From Trypanosoma brucei (lineage: Eukaryota): DNA of 64,000 nucleotides. The notes under the pieces are model-generated. The model searched no databases. It was not told the origin of the DNA and saw nothing but the letters and a program-made list of their open reading frames with translations. Position numbers and translations under genes: made by a program. Every line of letters begins with the position of its first letter. Positions within the stretch are counted from its first letter, which is position 1. Of the stretch, positions 55,505 through 64,000 are shown piece by piece. The stretch lies in NCBI GenBank assembly GCA_000002445.1, contig CH464491.1, forward strand, positions 2,976,001-3,040,000. Reading direction: 5' to 3'.

Positions 55505-57340
55505 GTGGATGCGAGAGGTTGCGCAATGGCGTCGTTAGCAGCAAAAAAAGACGGAGGTGACATCAATGGGGGCCCGTCTGAGGAAGAGGATCAGCTCCAA
55601 CAACTCTTAGGGACTTCTTGTTGTGTTAATCTCAGCGACTCCACGGTGAAGCGTGGTTTTCTGTTGGAAGTGCGATACCTCTGGCTGCCCAGGTTGCTAA
55701 GTGGTAACGGCACTACTGGTGTAGCTCCACAACTCTATGGGTTTGTGCGCATAAAGGACGCGGACCACCGTATTAGTGGCTGGTTCCCCATTGACTGTAT
55801 TGACCTTAAGGAAACTGGAGGGGCTAATGGAGCTACGAGTTGCGGCAGCAGCTACCCTACGAACAGCGCAGCTTACAACTCAATGGTGGTAGCAAAGAGC
55901 AAAATCACGCATCCCATAATTAGTCCGGTATACCGGGAGGTTACACCGGGAATGGTACGGACCCGCCGTGAGGGGAAGCAGCTCGACTTCTTTGAGGAAC
56001 GCCTCCTCCGCGACTGCCGGACTCCCACCACAGTGCGATACTTCATATACCTGTGTAAGTTTGCCTTTCCTCCCTGGTACTATGCGCCTTATGGTATGCT
56101 GAATCGCGAATACGATCCTTTAGCACCTTTAAGCGACGCAGAGCGGGAGGCGTTGCGTTTCACTGAGGGGAGCACCAATGAAAGCATTGATACTAACCCT
56201 TTCATTCGAGATGCTTACCTTTGCCCGTTCTCCCTCCGTATATATAGTACCTTCGAGCAGATGCAGCACGAAACCCTAAGATATCGCGCTGGTCACTTGC
56301 ACCCCCCCGGACTTGAGATTTATCGGGACGACACCCGTGGGTTTTCCATGTTCGAGGTGAATGGGAGTCGTCACGTCACGTACTGCCGTCACTTGTTCTT
56401 GTTAGGGAAGTCGTTCCTTGAGAACAAGTTGGCCGGACATGACGTACACAACTACTACTTTTATGTTGTGTGCCTTCATCATCGGCACTATCCACACTAC
56501 ACGGATGACACCTCCGCTATGTATTTTGTTGGGTATTTCACATGGGAGAAGCAGGTGACTGACAACAATCTGGCATGCATCGTCACTTTACCATACTTTA
56601 TGGGTGGGGGAGCCTCATCGGGACAACAGAATGACTTAAGCGATGATCGCGGCCCAGTTGGGGCAGACACTGCCTCCCGTGAAGGGGACACACCCAAATT
56701 AGGTCATTTTGGGCAATTCATGATCGCTGCGAGCTACGAACTGGCTTACAGGAGGAAGAATGTTGGCTCCCCAGAAAAACCACTCACAGACTTGGGAGCA
56801 GCTGCCTACGACCGCTACTGGAAACGTGTTCTCATAAAGTGGATGCACACGTTACTGGAGGGTAACGCCGCAGCAATTACCGTTGACGACGACGCCGGTG
56901 ATGATGGTCAGTCTGTAACGATTGTGGTGGCCCATGAGAACGAGGCGAAAATGGCGGCCCCGGGGGCCTTAAAGCGACCGCGTCCCGGCACCACTGATGG
57001 GAGCGGCTGCGCGGAGGCGGTGCGGGGTGCACGTGTGGCCGAGGGAGACACCCTGGTGGACACAACCGTTCGGAGTATAGCCAAGCAAGTACGGTTGGAA
57101 GAGGCGGATGTGCTGCGAACTTTGTTACAAATGGGTGTTCTTCACCTTAATGCAGAGGATAGAAGTATGCGCGTCGTCATCCCCGTCTCTTTTGTCAACA
57201 GAGAGTACGGTAAAATGAAAAAGTGGGCACATGACATGACGCGCGCTGAATTTGACCCCAAACTGCTCACTGGCCGTGGCGGGCCTGCCTGGCTTGTTAA
57301 CACACCATCGCCGCGTCGGCACAATCAGCACCAGAGCTGA
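55505..57340 (+). CDS. MYST-family histone acetyltransferase
   Basis: 611-aa ORF. MYST catalytic core: FEVNGSRHVTYCRHLFLLGKSFLENK, active-site region GYFTWEKQV...LACIVTLPYFMGGG, acetyl-CoA binding region PLTDLGAAAYDRYWKRVL. A C2HC-type zinc-finger region lies upstream (YLCKFAFPPWYYAPYGM). The start may be the Met at 55526. Confidence 0.85.
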   Translation: MDARGCAMASLAAKKDGGDINGGPSEEEDQLQQLLGTSCCVNLSDSTVKRGFLLEVRYLWLPRLLSGNGTTGVAPQLYGFVRIKDADHRISGWFPIDCIDLKETGGANGATSCGSSYPTNSAAYNSMVVAKSKITHPIISPVYREVTPGMVRTRREGKQLDFFEERLLRDCRTPTTVRYFIYLCKFAFPPWYYAPYGMLNREYDPLAPLSDAEREALRFTEGSTNESIDTNPFIRDAYLCPFSLRIYSTFEQMQHETLRYRAGHLHPPGLEIYRDDTRGFSMFEVNGSRHVTYCRHLFLLGKSFLENKLAGHDVHNYYFYVVCLHHRHYPHYTDDTSAMYFVGYFTWEKQVTDNNLACIVTLPYFMGGGASSGQQNDLSDDRGPVGADTASREGDTPKLGHFGQFMIAASYELAYRRKNVGSPEKPLTDLGAAAYDRYWKRVLIKWMHTLLEGNAAAITVDDDAGDDGQSVTIVVAHENEAKMAAPGALKRPRPGTTDGSGCAEAVRGARVAEGDTLVDTTVRSIAKQVRLEEADVLRTLLQMGVLHLNAEDRSMRVVIPVSFVNREYGKMKKWAHDMTRAEFDPKLLTGRGGPAWLVNTPSPRRHNQHQS

Positions 57341-57933
57341 TGTGTCGTCCCTCCCACAATATAAATGGTCTTTTATTTCTAACTTACCTTTCCCAGAGTC
57401 AGTGCTTCTGCGGTTTCTGTCTTACTCGTGGGTGTATGACTGCCTCTGTGTGACCTCCATTTCCCACACAAATTATTGCGGCTGCGTTGCACCCCTTTTA
57501 TAAATTACATTTATGCCATCCGTGTCCTTCTTTTTATCAATGTCCCTACCTCACTCTTCTATTCACTATTGTTTCATTCCTTGCGGTAGCATCGTCAGAT
57601 TTTGCACTAGTGTAAAAAGAAAAATAACACAAATTTATTACCGGCAAGAAGGCTTACAAAATCCGGTGCACACCGCTTCTTAATTAAAAAAAATACTCAT
57701 ATAGATATATCCAGAGGGGTTCTACGAACCATACACATCATATACACAACCCTCATCAGTATAAACAAAAAAATTACTAAGAACCAACCGAAACAGAGTT
57801 ACTACGTCAGACATAAATATTCAGACAAAGTACCACATTAAGTGTTGGGAGTGCTCAGTTGGGGAGGCAACTGAGTTTCTTCCAGCCGTGTGACGCGTGG
57901 GAGGAGGAAATCGGAACCGGGCCCGAAAGCACA

Positions 57934-60900
57934 ATGTCGGGTCGCACCGTTGAGGAAATATACCAAAAGAAAACGCAGCATGAACATATCCTTGCCCGAC
58001 CTGATATGTACATTGGTACAATCGAGCCTGTAACGGAGGATGTGTGGGTGTACGACGAGGCGGACAATGTGATGAAGCTACGGAAATGCACATGGACACC
58101 TGGTCTGTATAAAATATTCGACGAGATACTCGTTAATGCTGCAGACAATAAGGTACGTGATCCCCATGGGCAGACGACCATCAAAGTGTGGGTTGATGCC
58201 GCGAGGGGACTAGTGCGTGTGTACAACAATGGTGAGGGTATTCCCGTACAACGCCACCGGGAGCATGACTTATGGGTACCAGAGATGATATTTGGTCACC
58301 TGCTGACTTCGTCAAATTACGATGACACAGAGGCAAAGGTGACGGGTGGGAGGAACGGGTTTGGTGCGAAGCTGACGAACGTGTTTTCCACACGCTTTGA
58401 GGTGGAAACAGTTCACTCCCGGTCGCGTAAGAAGTTCTTTATGCGGTGGCGAAATAACATGCTGGAGAACGAGGAGGCTGTAATCACCCCTTGTGATGGT
58501 CCTGACTATACTGTTGTGACTTTCTACCCGGACTTCGAGAAGTTCAATTTGGAAGGTTTCACGGAGGACATGGTTCTCATCATGCAGCGTCGTGTGTATG
58601 ATATAGCAGGCTGCACAGACAAGTCGTTGTGCTGCTACCTTAATGATACACGGATTGCATGCAGGTCCTTTCCCGAGTACGTAGATTTATATCCCACGAT
58701 GGGTGAGGAACGTAAACCTTCTAGCTACTCCCGAGTAAATGACCGATGGGAAGTTTGTGTGCGTGTCTCAAATGTTGGGTTCCAGCAGGTGAGCTTCGTC
58801 AATTCGATTGCAACGACACGTGGCGGGACGCACGTGAAGTACATCGTGGATCAGATTATTGCTAAGGTGACAGATCAAGCGATGCGTAAAAGCAAGACGG
58901 AGGTGAAACCACACATGATCCGACCGCATCTTTTCATTTTCGTCAATTCACTAATTGAGAACCCCAGTTTTGATTCCCAAACAAAGGAGACGCTGAACAC
59001 ACCTAAAGCACGCTTCGGTTCTACTTGTGATCTCCCTGCGTCTTTGATTGACTGCGTGCTGAAGTCGAGTATCGTGGAGCGTGCGGTGGAGATGGCGAAC
59101 AGCAGACTGAACCGTGAGATGGCCATGAAAATGCGCAACACGAATCGTAAACAGATATTGGGAATACCTAAGTTGGACGATGCGAATGAAGCTGGTGGAA
59201 AGTACAGCCAACGTTGCACCCTGATACTTACTGAGGGAGATTCCGCCAAGGCTCTCTGTACTGCTGGGCTGGCTGTTGAAAATAGAGACTATTTCGGTGT
59301 CTTCCCCTTGCGCGGTAAGCCACTCAATGTTCGTGATGCTTCAGTAAAGAAAGTGATGGGATGTGCTGAATTTCAAGCGGTAAGTAAGATCATGGGCCTT
59401 GATCTCAGCCAGAAGTATACGAGCACCGAAGGACTGCGGTATGGGCACCTGATGATTATGTCTGATCAGGATCACGATGGGTCACACATTAAGGGTCTCA
59501 TCATCAATATGATTCATAATTATTGGCCTGACCTGCTGAAAGTGCCTGGCTTCCTCCAGCAGTTCATAACTCCCATTGTGAAGGCGCGCAAGAAGGGAAG
59601 AGGGAACAATGACGAAGGTACTATTTCCTTCTTTTCCATGCCTGACTATTTTGAGTGGAAAAATGCGGTTGGTGAGGGCATCAAGAATTATGAGCTGAGG
59701 TATTACAAGGGTCTTGGTACCTCCGGTGCAAAGGAGGGTCGTGAGTACTTTGAGAACATTGACCGTCACCGACTAAACTTTGTATATGAAGATAGAAAGG
59801 ACGATGATGACATTGTGATGGCCTTCGCGAAGGACAAGGTTGACGAGCGTAAGCGGTGGATTACCGAATTTAAGGCAAATACGAACATTAATGAGTCCAT
59901 GAACTATAACGTCCGGAACGTATCCTACTCTGAATTTGTTCACAAAGAGCTTATTCTTTTCTCTGTCGCAGATTGTGAGCGGTCTATTCCCAGTGTTGTG
60001 GATGGTTTAAAACCTGGGCAGCGGAAGATAATGTTTTCAGCGTTTAAGCGTAATCTTGTTCGATCGCTTAAGGTGGCTCAGCTTGCTGGTTACGTCTCAG
60101 AGCACGCTGCATATCACCACGGCGAGCAGTCATTGGTTCAAACCATTGTTGGACTTGCACAGGATTACGTGGGTGCAAACAATGTCCCACTCCTCTACCG
60201 TGATGGTCAATTTGGTACAAGACTACAGGGAGGTAAGGACCATGCTGCGGGACGTTACATTTTCACCCGTCTCACTGACATTGCGCGTCGCATTTACCAT
60301 CCCTCCGATGATTTTATTGTAGAATACAGGGATGACGATGGTCTTTCTGTGGAACCTTTTTACTATGTTCCTGTGATTCCTATGGTGCTTGTGAACGGGA
60401 CTGCTGGTATTGGCACTGGTTTTGCTACGAACATACCCAACTATTCTCCCCTTGATGTCATTGACAACCTAAACCGTCTGCTCTCTGGGGAGGAATTGCA
60501 ACCAATGAAACCATGGTATTTTGGATTCACCGGTACGATTGAGGAACGGGAGAAGGGTAAATTTGTGTCGTCTGGGTGTGCGACTGTGCGTCCTGATGGG
60601 GTGGTACACATCACGGAGCTTCCTATCGGCACGTGGACGCAGCAATATAAGAAGTTCTTGGAGGACCTTCGTGAACGCGAGATTGTTATACAGTACCGTG
60701 AGCACAATACAGATGTGACAGTTGACTTCGAAGTGTTCATTCATCCTGAAGTGCTGCGGCAGTGGGTAGCACAGGGGTGTGTGGAGGAACGTTTGCAGCT
60801 ACGGGAATACATCCATGCGACGAACATCATTGCATTTGACCGAGAAGGGAAGATTACGAAATACCTTGATGCTGAGTCTGTACTGAAGGAGTTCTACCTG

Positions 60901-62208
60901 GTTCGTCTCGAGTACTACGCTCGCCGTCGTGAGTTCTTGCTGGAGCAATTGCAACGCGCGGCACTCAAGCTTGAGAATATGGTTCGTTTTGTGAATGAGG
61001 TTATTGATGGCACATTTATTGTTACACGGAGGAGCATGAAGGATGTGTTGAAGGACTTAAAGCAACGTGGATACACTCCCTTCCCCCCGCAGCAAAAGAA
61101 GAAGATGAGCTCCACCACTATCGTTGATGAGGAGGATAACGATGGTGCGCGTAAAATATTACCCGATGTTTTTGAGTTTGAAAGTGTTCCGTTGTGCGAG
61201 CAAGTAATTGGAAAAATCTTATGCACAGCTGAGCCGGAAGAGATTAATATGTGGAAAGGGGTCTTAGTTGAATACGACTACCTGCTCAGTCTAAGGATGG
61301 TGGACTTAACAGTGGAAATGGCTATGTACTTTCGTACAAAGAGGGAACAAATGCTGAATAAGCATAATTTTGTGCTGTCTGCTTCCTCGAAGGACTTGTG
61401 GCGTGAGGACTTGGATCTCCTGCGGTCCGATATTGAAAAACTTTTTGACGAACGGAGAAGAGAGATTGCGCTGATCCAATGTAAGAAACTTGAGAAGAGG
61501 CAGTTTTTTGATGTTTCGCGGTTGCGTGTACCTCTGCTGTCGGATGCGGCGCGGAAAGCTGATCGTAGTTTAGCACTTCGACAGTCGAACTGTAAGCGTG
61601 AAATGTCTAGCAAATGTGCCAGTGAAAGTTTTGCCCTTTTGGTCGATGCGGGTGTTCGGGTTAGCGGGTTAACTGAAGGTTCTTCGATCTGTGATATAAA
61701 CGAGGCAAGGAGGAAATATGGACACTCAGTCGCTGGAGGTAAAAGGAGGTTGGTGCGTCATGATGAGGTTAGTAAGCGTGGGAAATTTTCTTCCTGTGGG
61801 GATCAAAGACATGTTTCCCTTTCAGATGGCTCTGATACGGATGATTGTAGCATTGGGGCGCCGAGTGTTTCACCCTCCGATGCGACCCCGGCGACTCAAA
61901 AATCGAGGAAAATATCCGATTCTTCTTATGGGTTCGGTATCGAGGGCGAAGTGGATATATTTTTTGAAGATACCGTCGGGGAAGATTTTTCGGAGCCAGC
62001 GACGCAGGCTAACATTGTGCGTTCCAAGTCAGAATCACCAGTCCTCGACTTTTCAGCAGAATATGCAACCGAACCAAAAAGCAGGAAACGACCCCGTAGC
62101 ATTGAGGACAACGATGAAAACACGTGTCCCTTTTACGTTGACGTGGTTGGTGAAGACGTGGAATATGACTCAGATCAATGCATTGGGTTTGATGCCTGCG
62201 TATTTTGA
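57934..62208 (+). CDS. TOP2: DNA topoisomerase II, nuclear type
   Basis: About 1424 aa starting at MSGRTVEEIYQKKTQHEHILARPDMYIGTIEP. GHKL ATPase motifs (EILVNAADN, GRNGFGAKL), TOPRIM (LTEGDSAK, IMSDQDHDGSHIKGL), and the active-site Tyr region of the breakage-reunion domain. The long acidic/Ser-rich C-terminal tail is typical of nuclear isoforms. The ORF track begins at 57859, but the alignment-consistent start is 57934. Confidence 0.95.
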   Translation: MSGRTVEEIYQKKTQHEHILARPDMYIGTIEPVTEDVWVYDEADNVMKLRKCTWTPGLYKIFDEILVNAADNKVRDPHGQTTIKVWVDAARGLVRVYNNGEGIPVQRHREHDLWVPEMIFGHLLTSSNYDDTEAKVTGGRNGFGAKLTNVFSTRFEVETVHSRSRKKFFMRWRNNMLENEEAVITPCDGPDYTVVTFYPDFEKFNLEGFTEDMVLIMQRRVYDIAGCTDKSLCCYLNDTRIACRSFPEYVDLYPTMGEERKPSSYSRVNDRWEVCVRVSNVGFQQVSFVNSIATTRGGTHVKYIVDQIIAKVTDQAMRKSKTEVKPHMIRPHLFIFVNSLIENPSFDSQTKETLNTPKARFGSTCDLPASLIDCVLKSSIVERAVEMANSRLNREMAMKMRNTNRKQILGIPKLDDANEAGGKYSQRCTLILTEGDSAKALCTAGLAVENRDYFGVFPLRGKPLNVRDASVKKVMGCAEFQAVSKIMGLDLSQKYTSTEGLRYGHLMIMSDQDHDGSHIKGLIINMIHNYWPDLLKVPGFLQQFITPIVKARKKGRGNNDEGTISFFSMPDYFEWKNAVGEGIKNYELRYYKGLGTSGAKEGREYFENIDRHRLNFVYEDRKDDDDIVMAFAKDKVDERKRWITEFKANTNINESMNYNVRNVSYSEFVHKELILFSVADCERSIPSVVDGLKPGQRKIMFSAFKRNLVRSLKVAQLAGYVSEHAAYHHGEQSLVQTIVGLAQDYVGANNVPLLYRDGQFGTRLQGGKDHAAGRYIFTRLTDIARRIYHPSDDFIVEYRDDDGLSVEPFYYVPVIPMVLVNGTAGIGTGFATNIPNYSPLDVIDNLNRLLSGEELQPMKPWYFGFTGTIEEREKGKFVSSGCATVRPDGVVHITELPIGTWTQQYKKFLEDLREREIVIQYREHNTDVTVDFEVFIHPEVLRQWVAQGCVEERLQLREYIHATNIIAFDREGKITKYLDAESVLKEFYLVRLEYYARRREFLLEQLQRAALKLENMVRFVNEVIDGTFIVTRRSMKDVLKDLKQRGYTPFPPQQKKKMSSTTIVDEEDNDGARKILPDVFEFESVPLCEQVIGKILCTAEPEEINMWKGVLVEYDYLLSLRMVDLTVEMAMYFRTKREQMLNKHNFVLSASSKDLWREDLDLLRSDIEKLFDERRREIALIQCKKLEKRQFFDVSRLRVPLLSDAARKADRSLALRQSNCKREMSSKCASESFALLVDAGVRVSGLTEGSSICDINEARRKYGHSVAGGKRRLVRHDEVSKRGKFSSCGDQRHVSLSDGSDTDDCSIGAPSVSPSDATPATQKSRKISDSSYGFGIEGEVDIFFEDTVGEDFSEPATQANIVRSKSESPVLDFSAEYATEPKSRKRPRSIEDNDENTCPFYVDVVGEDVEYDSDQCIGFDACVF

Positions 62209-63062
62209 AAATTAATTTTTTTCTTTTTTACACGAATGTCTGTGTCCCCTCTCTTTTTTTCTTTTTTGGGAAGAGGATGTGAAAGAATAATTAACTACCT
62301 TTTGTTTTACCTATTCGGGTCTTTTTCTTTTCTTTTTTTTTTATAATTGTAAATTGAGCCCTTGAGTCTGGGTCGCAACCGGTTGTGTGCGCACGAGACA
62401 TCAACTTATATGTGATGGCAAAACCGGGGCGTATGACCGAGGGTATAAAGGGGTATGATCTCGGAGGCTCCCAAAGGTAGGGATTTTTCCGGAGACTAAA
62501 TATGTTTATTTTTGTGCTGTTTTGCTAGATTTTGGCTTCTTTTCTCTTTTTAATGTTTTTTCTTTGGTATTTTTCGTTTTTTGGGTTTTTTAATTTTGAG
62601 TACTTTCTATTTGGCCGTCTCTCACGGTGCATTTAGTAACTGCTCAGTTGCTGGTGCGCAGTGATCAATAACATTTTGTCCTCTGGAAACGGCAGTCGCT
62701 TCTTTTTTCTGTTCTCCTTTCTCTCTCTCTATATATATGTATATTTCTCTCTTTTTTTTTTTAATATACTTTTACTGCTTATCCATAATTTTTTTGCTGG
62801 TTCTTCCTGAGAGTCGCGTCATCCACTTCCCATTGCTGCGTGGAGAGTGGACTGAACAGGTTACCGAGCGTTTGGTGCTAACACGGACTCAGTAGGAACT
62901 TTAAGCAGAGGAATAGCTTAGCAATACTAAGGAGCCAGCAAAAAGGTGTGTGTGTGTGGGGACTGCGTTGGAGAGGAGAGGTATCGCCTGTGCAGGAGGT
63001 AGAGGATATAAGTGAGCGCTGAGACTGATATTGTTGCAACAGCCTCACACGAGAACGCGAAG

Positions 63063-64000
63063 ATGGACATATCAGCCACGCGCCGTGGGGCAGATGCGGG
63101 TCGGAGGCGCCATGGCCCCCGGTTTCCTGTCATAATAGTTGGTGAGGTGTTTACGAATGCATCTGCACCGGTTCACCCTCTCTTTCCCGTGGCGCCCTCC
63201 GGAAAGTTGCCGTTCGCACTTCTACCCATTTGCAACACGCCCATAATTGACTACATTCTGGAGAACCTAGCAGAGAATGGAGTAGACGAAGTGTTTATTC
63301 TCTTTAACAGTGAATCAGTACCTCTCGTGCATTCTCATCTAAAGAACAACCGTACAGTGCGCGGCCGACCGTGGCTAGAATGCAAGGACATGAAGGTCCG
63401 CGTTGTAGAAAGCGTGCGCACAATGACACGCCTTTGTGACGTTACAGCAGAAATTGTGGAGCAAAACCTTGTTGAGCAGAACTCGTCTTTTCTCTTCGTT
63501 CCAATTGACTCCGTGGCAGTTTTCACCAACCTTCGCGGCCTCTTTCACATGCATTTGGAGCGTTCGCGGAACATAAAAAGCTACGCCGCCACTCTTGTCT
63601 GTACATCAGTTAAGGCTGCTCTCGAGGAGACTCTTCACAATGTGCTCGTCAACAATGCAGACAACACGGGGACTTCAGCTACACAGCAGCAACGGGAGCC
63701 ATCGCCGGGTGGCGGATTCGGGCTCTACGCGTTAGAGCGTCGTCCCCTCCCGGCCCCAGCGCTCCCACCGAGTCCACTGACAATGTTTGCGATCCAGCAG
63801 TCAACAGGTGTGGTGCGAAGTATGACTCGACTCGAGCCGGCTGGGGAAACGTCAGAGCCAGTCCGAATGGAGTTCAGTAGCCGTGACCGCATTTCAGTGC
63901 GCAGCGACCTCGTACCAACAGGATTTTTATTCTGTTCGGGAGGGGCGTTATCCCTCTTCTCGTTTCCGATGGCTGACCAGCACGCGTTCCTAGTGGATTT
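63063..64000 (+). CDS. eIF2B gamma/epsilon-like nucleotidyltransferase-domain protein (5' partial; runs off the window end)
   Basis: Open frame from ATG 63063 to the window end. N-terminus VIIVGEVFTNASAPVHPLFPVAPSGKLPFALLPICNTPIIDYILENLAENGVDEVFILF matches the NTP-transferase fold of eIF2B gamma/epsilon and GDP-mannose pyrophosphorylase-like proteins. Confidence 0.55.
   Translation, partial: MDISATRRGADAGRRRHGPRFPVIIVGEVFTNASAPVHPLFPVAPSGKLPFALLPICNTPIIDYILENLAENGVDEVFILFNSESVPLVHSHLKNNRTVRGRPWLECKDMKVRVVESVRTMTRLCDVTAEIVEQNLVEQNSSFLFVPIDSVAVFTNLRGLFHMHLERSRNIKSYAATLVCTSVKAALEETLHNVLVNNADNTGTSATQQQREPSPGGGFGLYALERRPLPAPALPPSPLTMFAIQQSTGVVRSMTRLEPAGETSEPVRMEFSSRDRISVRSDLVPTGFLFCSGGALSLFSFPMADQHAFLVD

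Noticed and set aside
1-64000. Scan for tRNA (GGTTCGAnTCC T-arm), 5S rRNA, rRNA and CRISPR-like arrays
   Set aside because: No T-arm consensus, no 5S-like start and no short regularly spaced direct repeats were seen by eye. This is a eukaryotic locus, and by-eye scanning cannot exclude snoRNAs.

Overview
The window reads as a nuclear chromosomal segment from a kinetoplastid (Trypanosoma-like). This is an inference from compact intron-less genes nearly all on the + strand, polypyrimidine-rich intergenic tracts, and products typical of trypanosomatids (a RACK1 tandem pair, a surface sialidase/trans-sialidase-family gene, PEX11, a MYST acetyltransferase, nuclear topoisomerase II). There are no prokaryotic features; operons, CRISPR arrays and defence islands are not expected here. 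Recognisable + strand genes, in order: a BCS1-like AAA ATPase; two near-identical RACK1 (WD40) genes in a 1.3-kb tandem unit; an AlgH/YqgE-like domain protein; an ATG12-like ubiquitin-fold protein; an AlkB-like dioxygenase; then, after the accessory block at 8.7-26.3 kb, a cullin; dynein light chain LC8; a MutY-type adenine glycosylase; a kelch-repeat protein; a Sel1-repeat protein; a 57-aa RPS29 gene that the ORF track missed; a charged coiled-coil protein built from 318-bp tandem repeats; a GGCT/AIG2-like domain fused to an archaeal-type ApgM-like phosphomutase domain; a cyclin-fold protein; an HD-like phosphohydrolase; PEX11; a MYST histone acetyltransferase; nuclear-type DNA topoisomerase II; and the 5' part of an eIF2B gamma/epsilon-like nucleotidyltransferase. 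The unusual part is the block at about 8.7-26.3 kb. It holds (1) an AT-rich island with a frameshifted tyrosine-recombinase ORF, which looks like a 3'-truncated DIRS/VIPER-like retroelement remnant; (2) the only minus-strand gene, an intact trans-sialidase/sialidase-family gene, bracketed by two 358-bp perfectly identical direct repeats 5.59 kb apart; and (3) a roughly 5.7 kb complex-sequence stretch with no ORF over 120 aa, best read as a divergent strand-switch or transcription-start region. All calls rest on motif reading by eye; no database searches were run.
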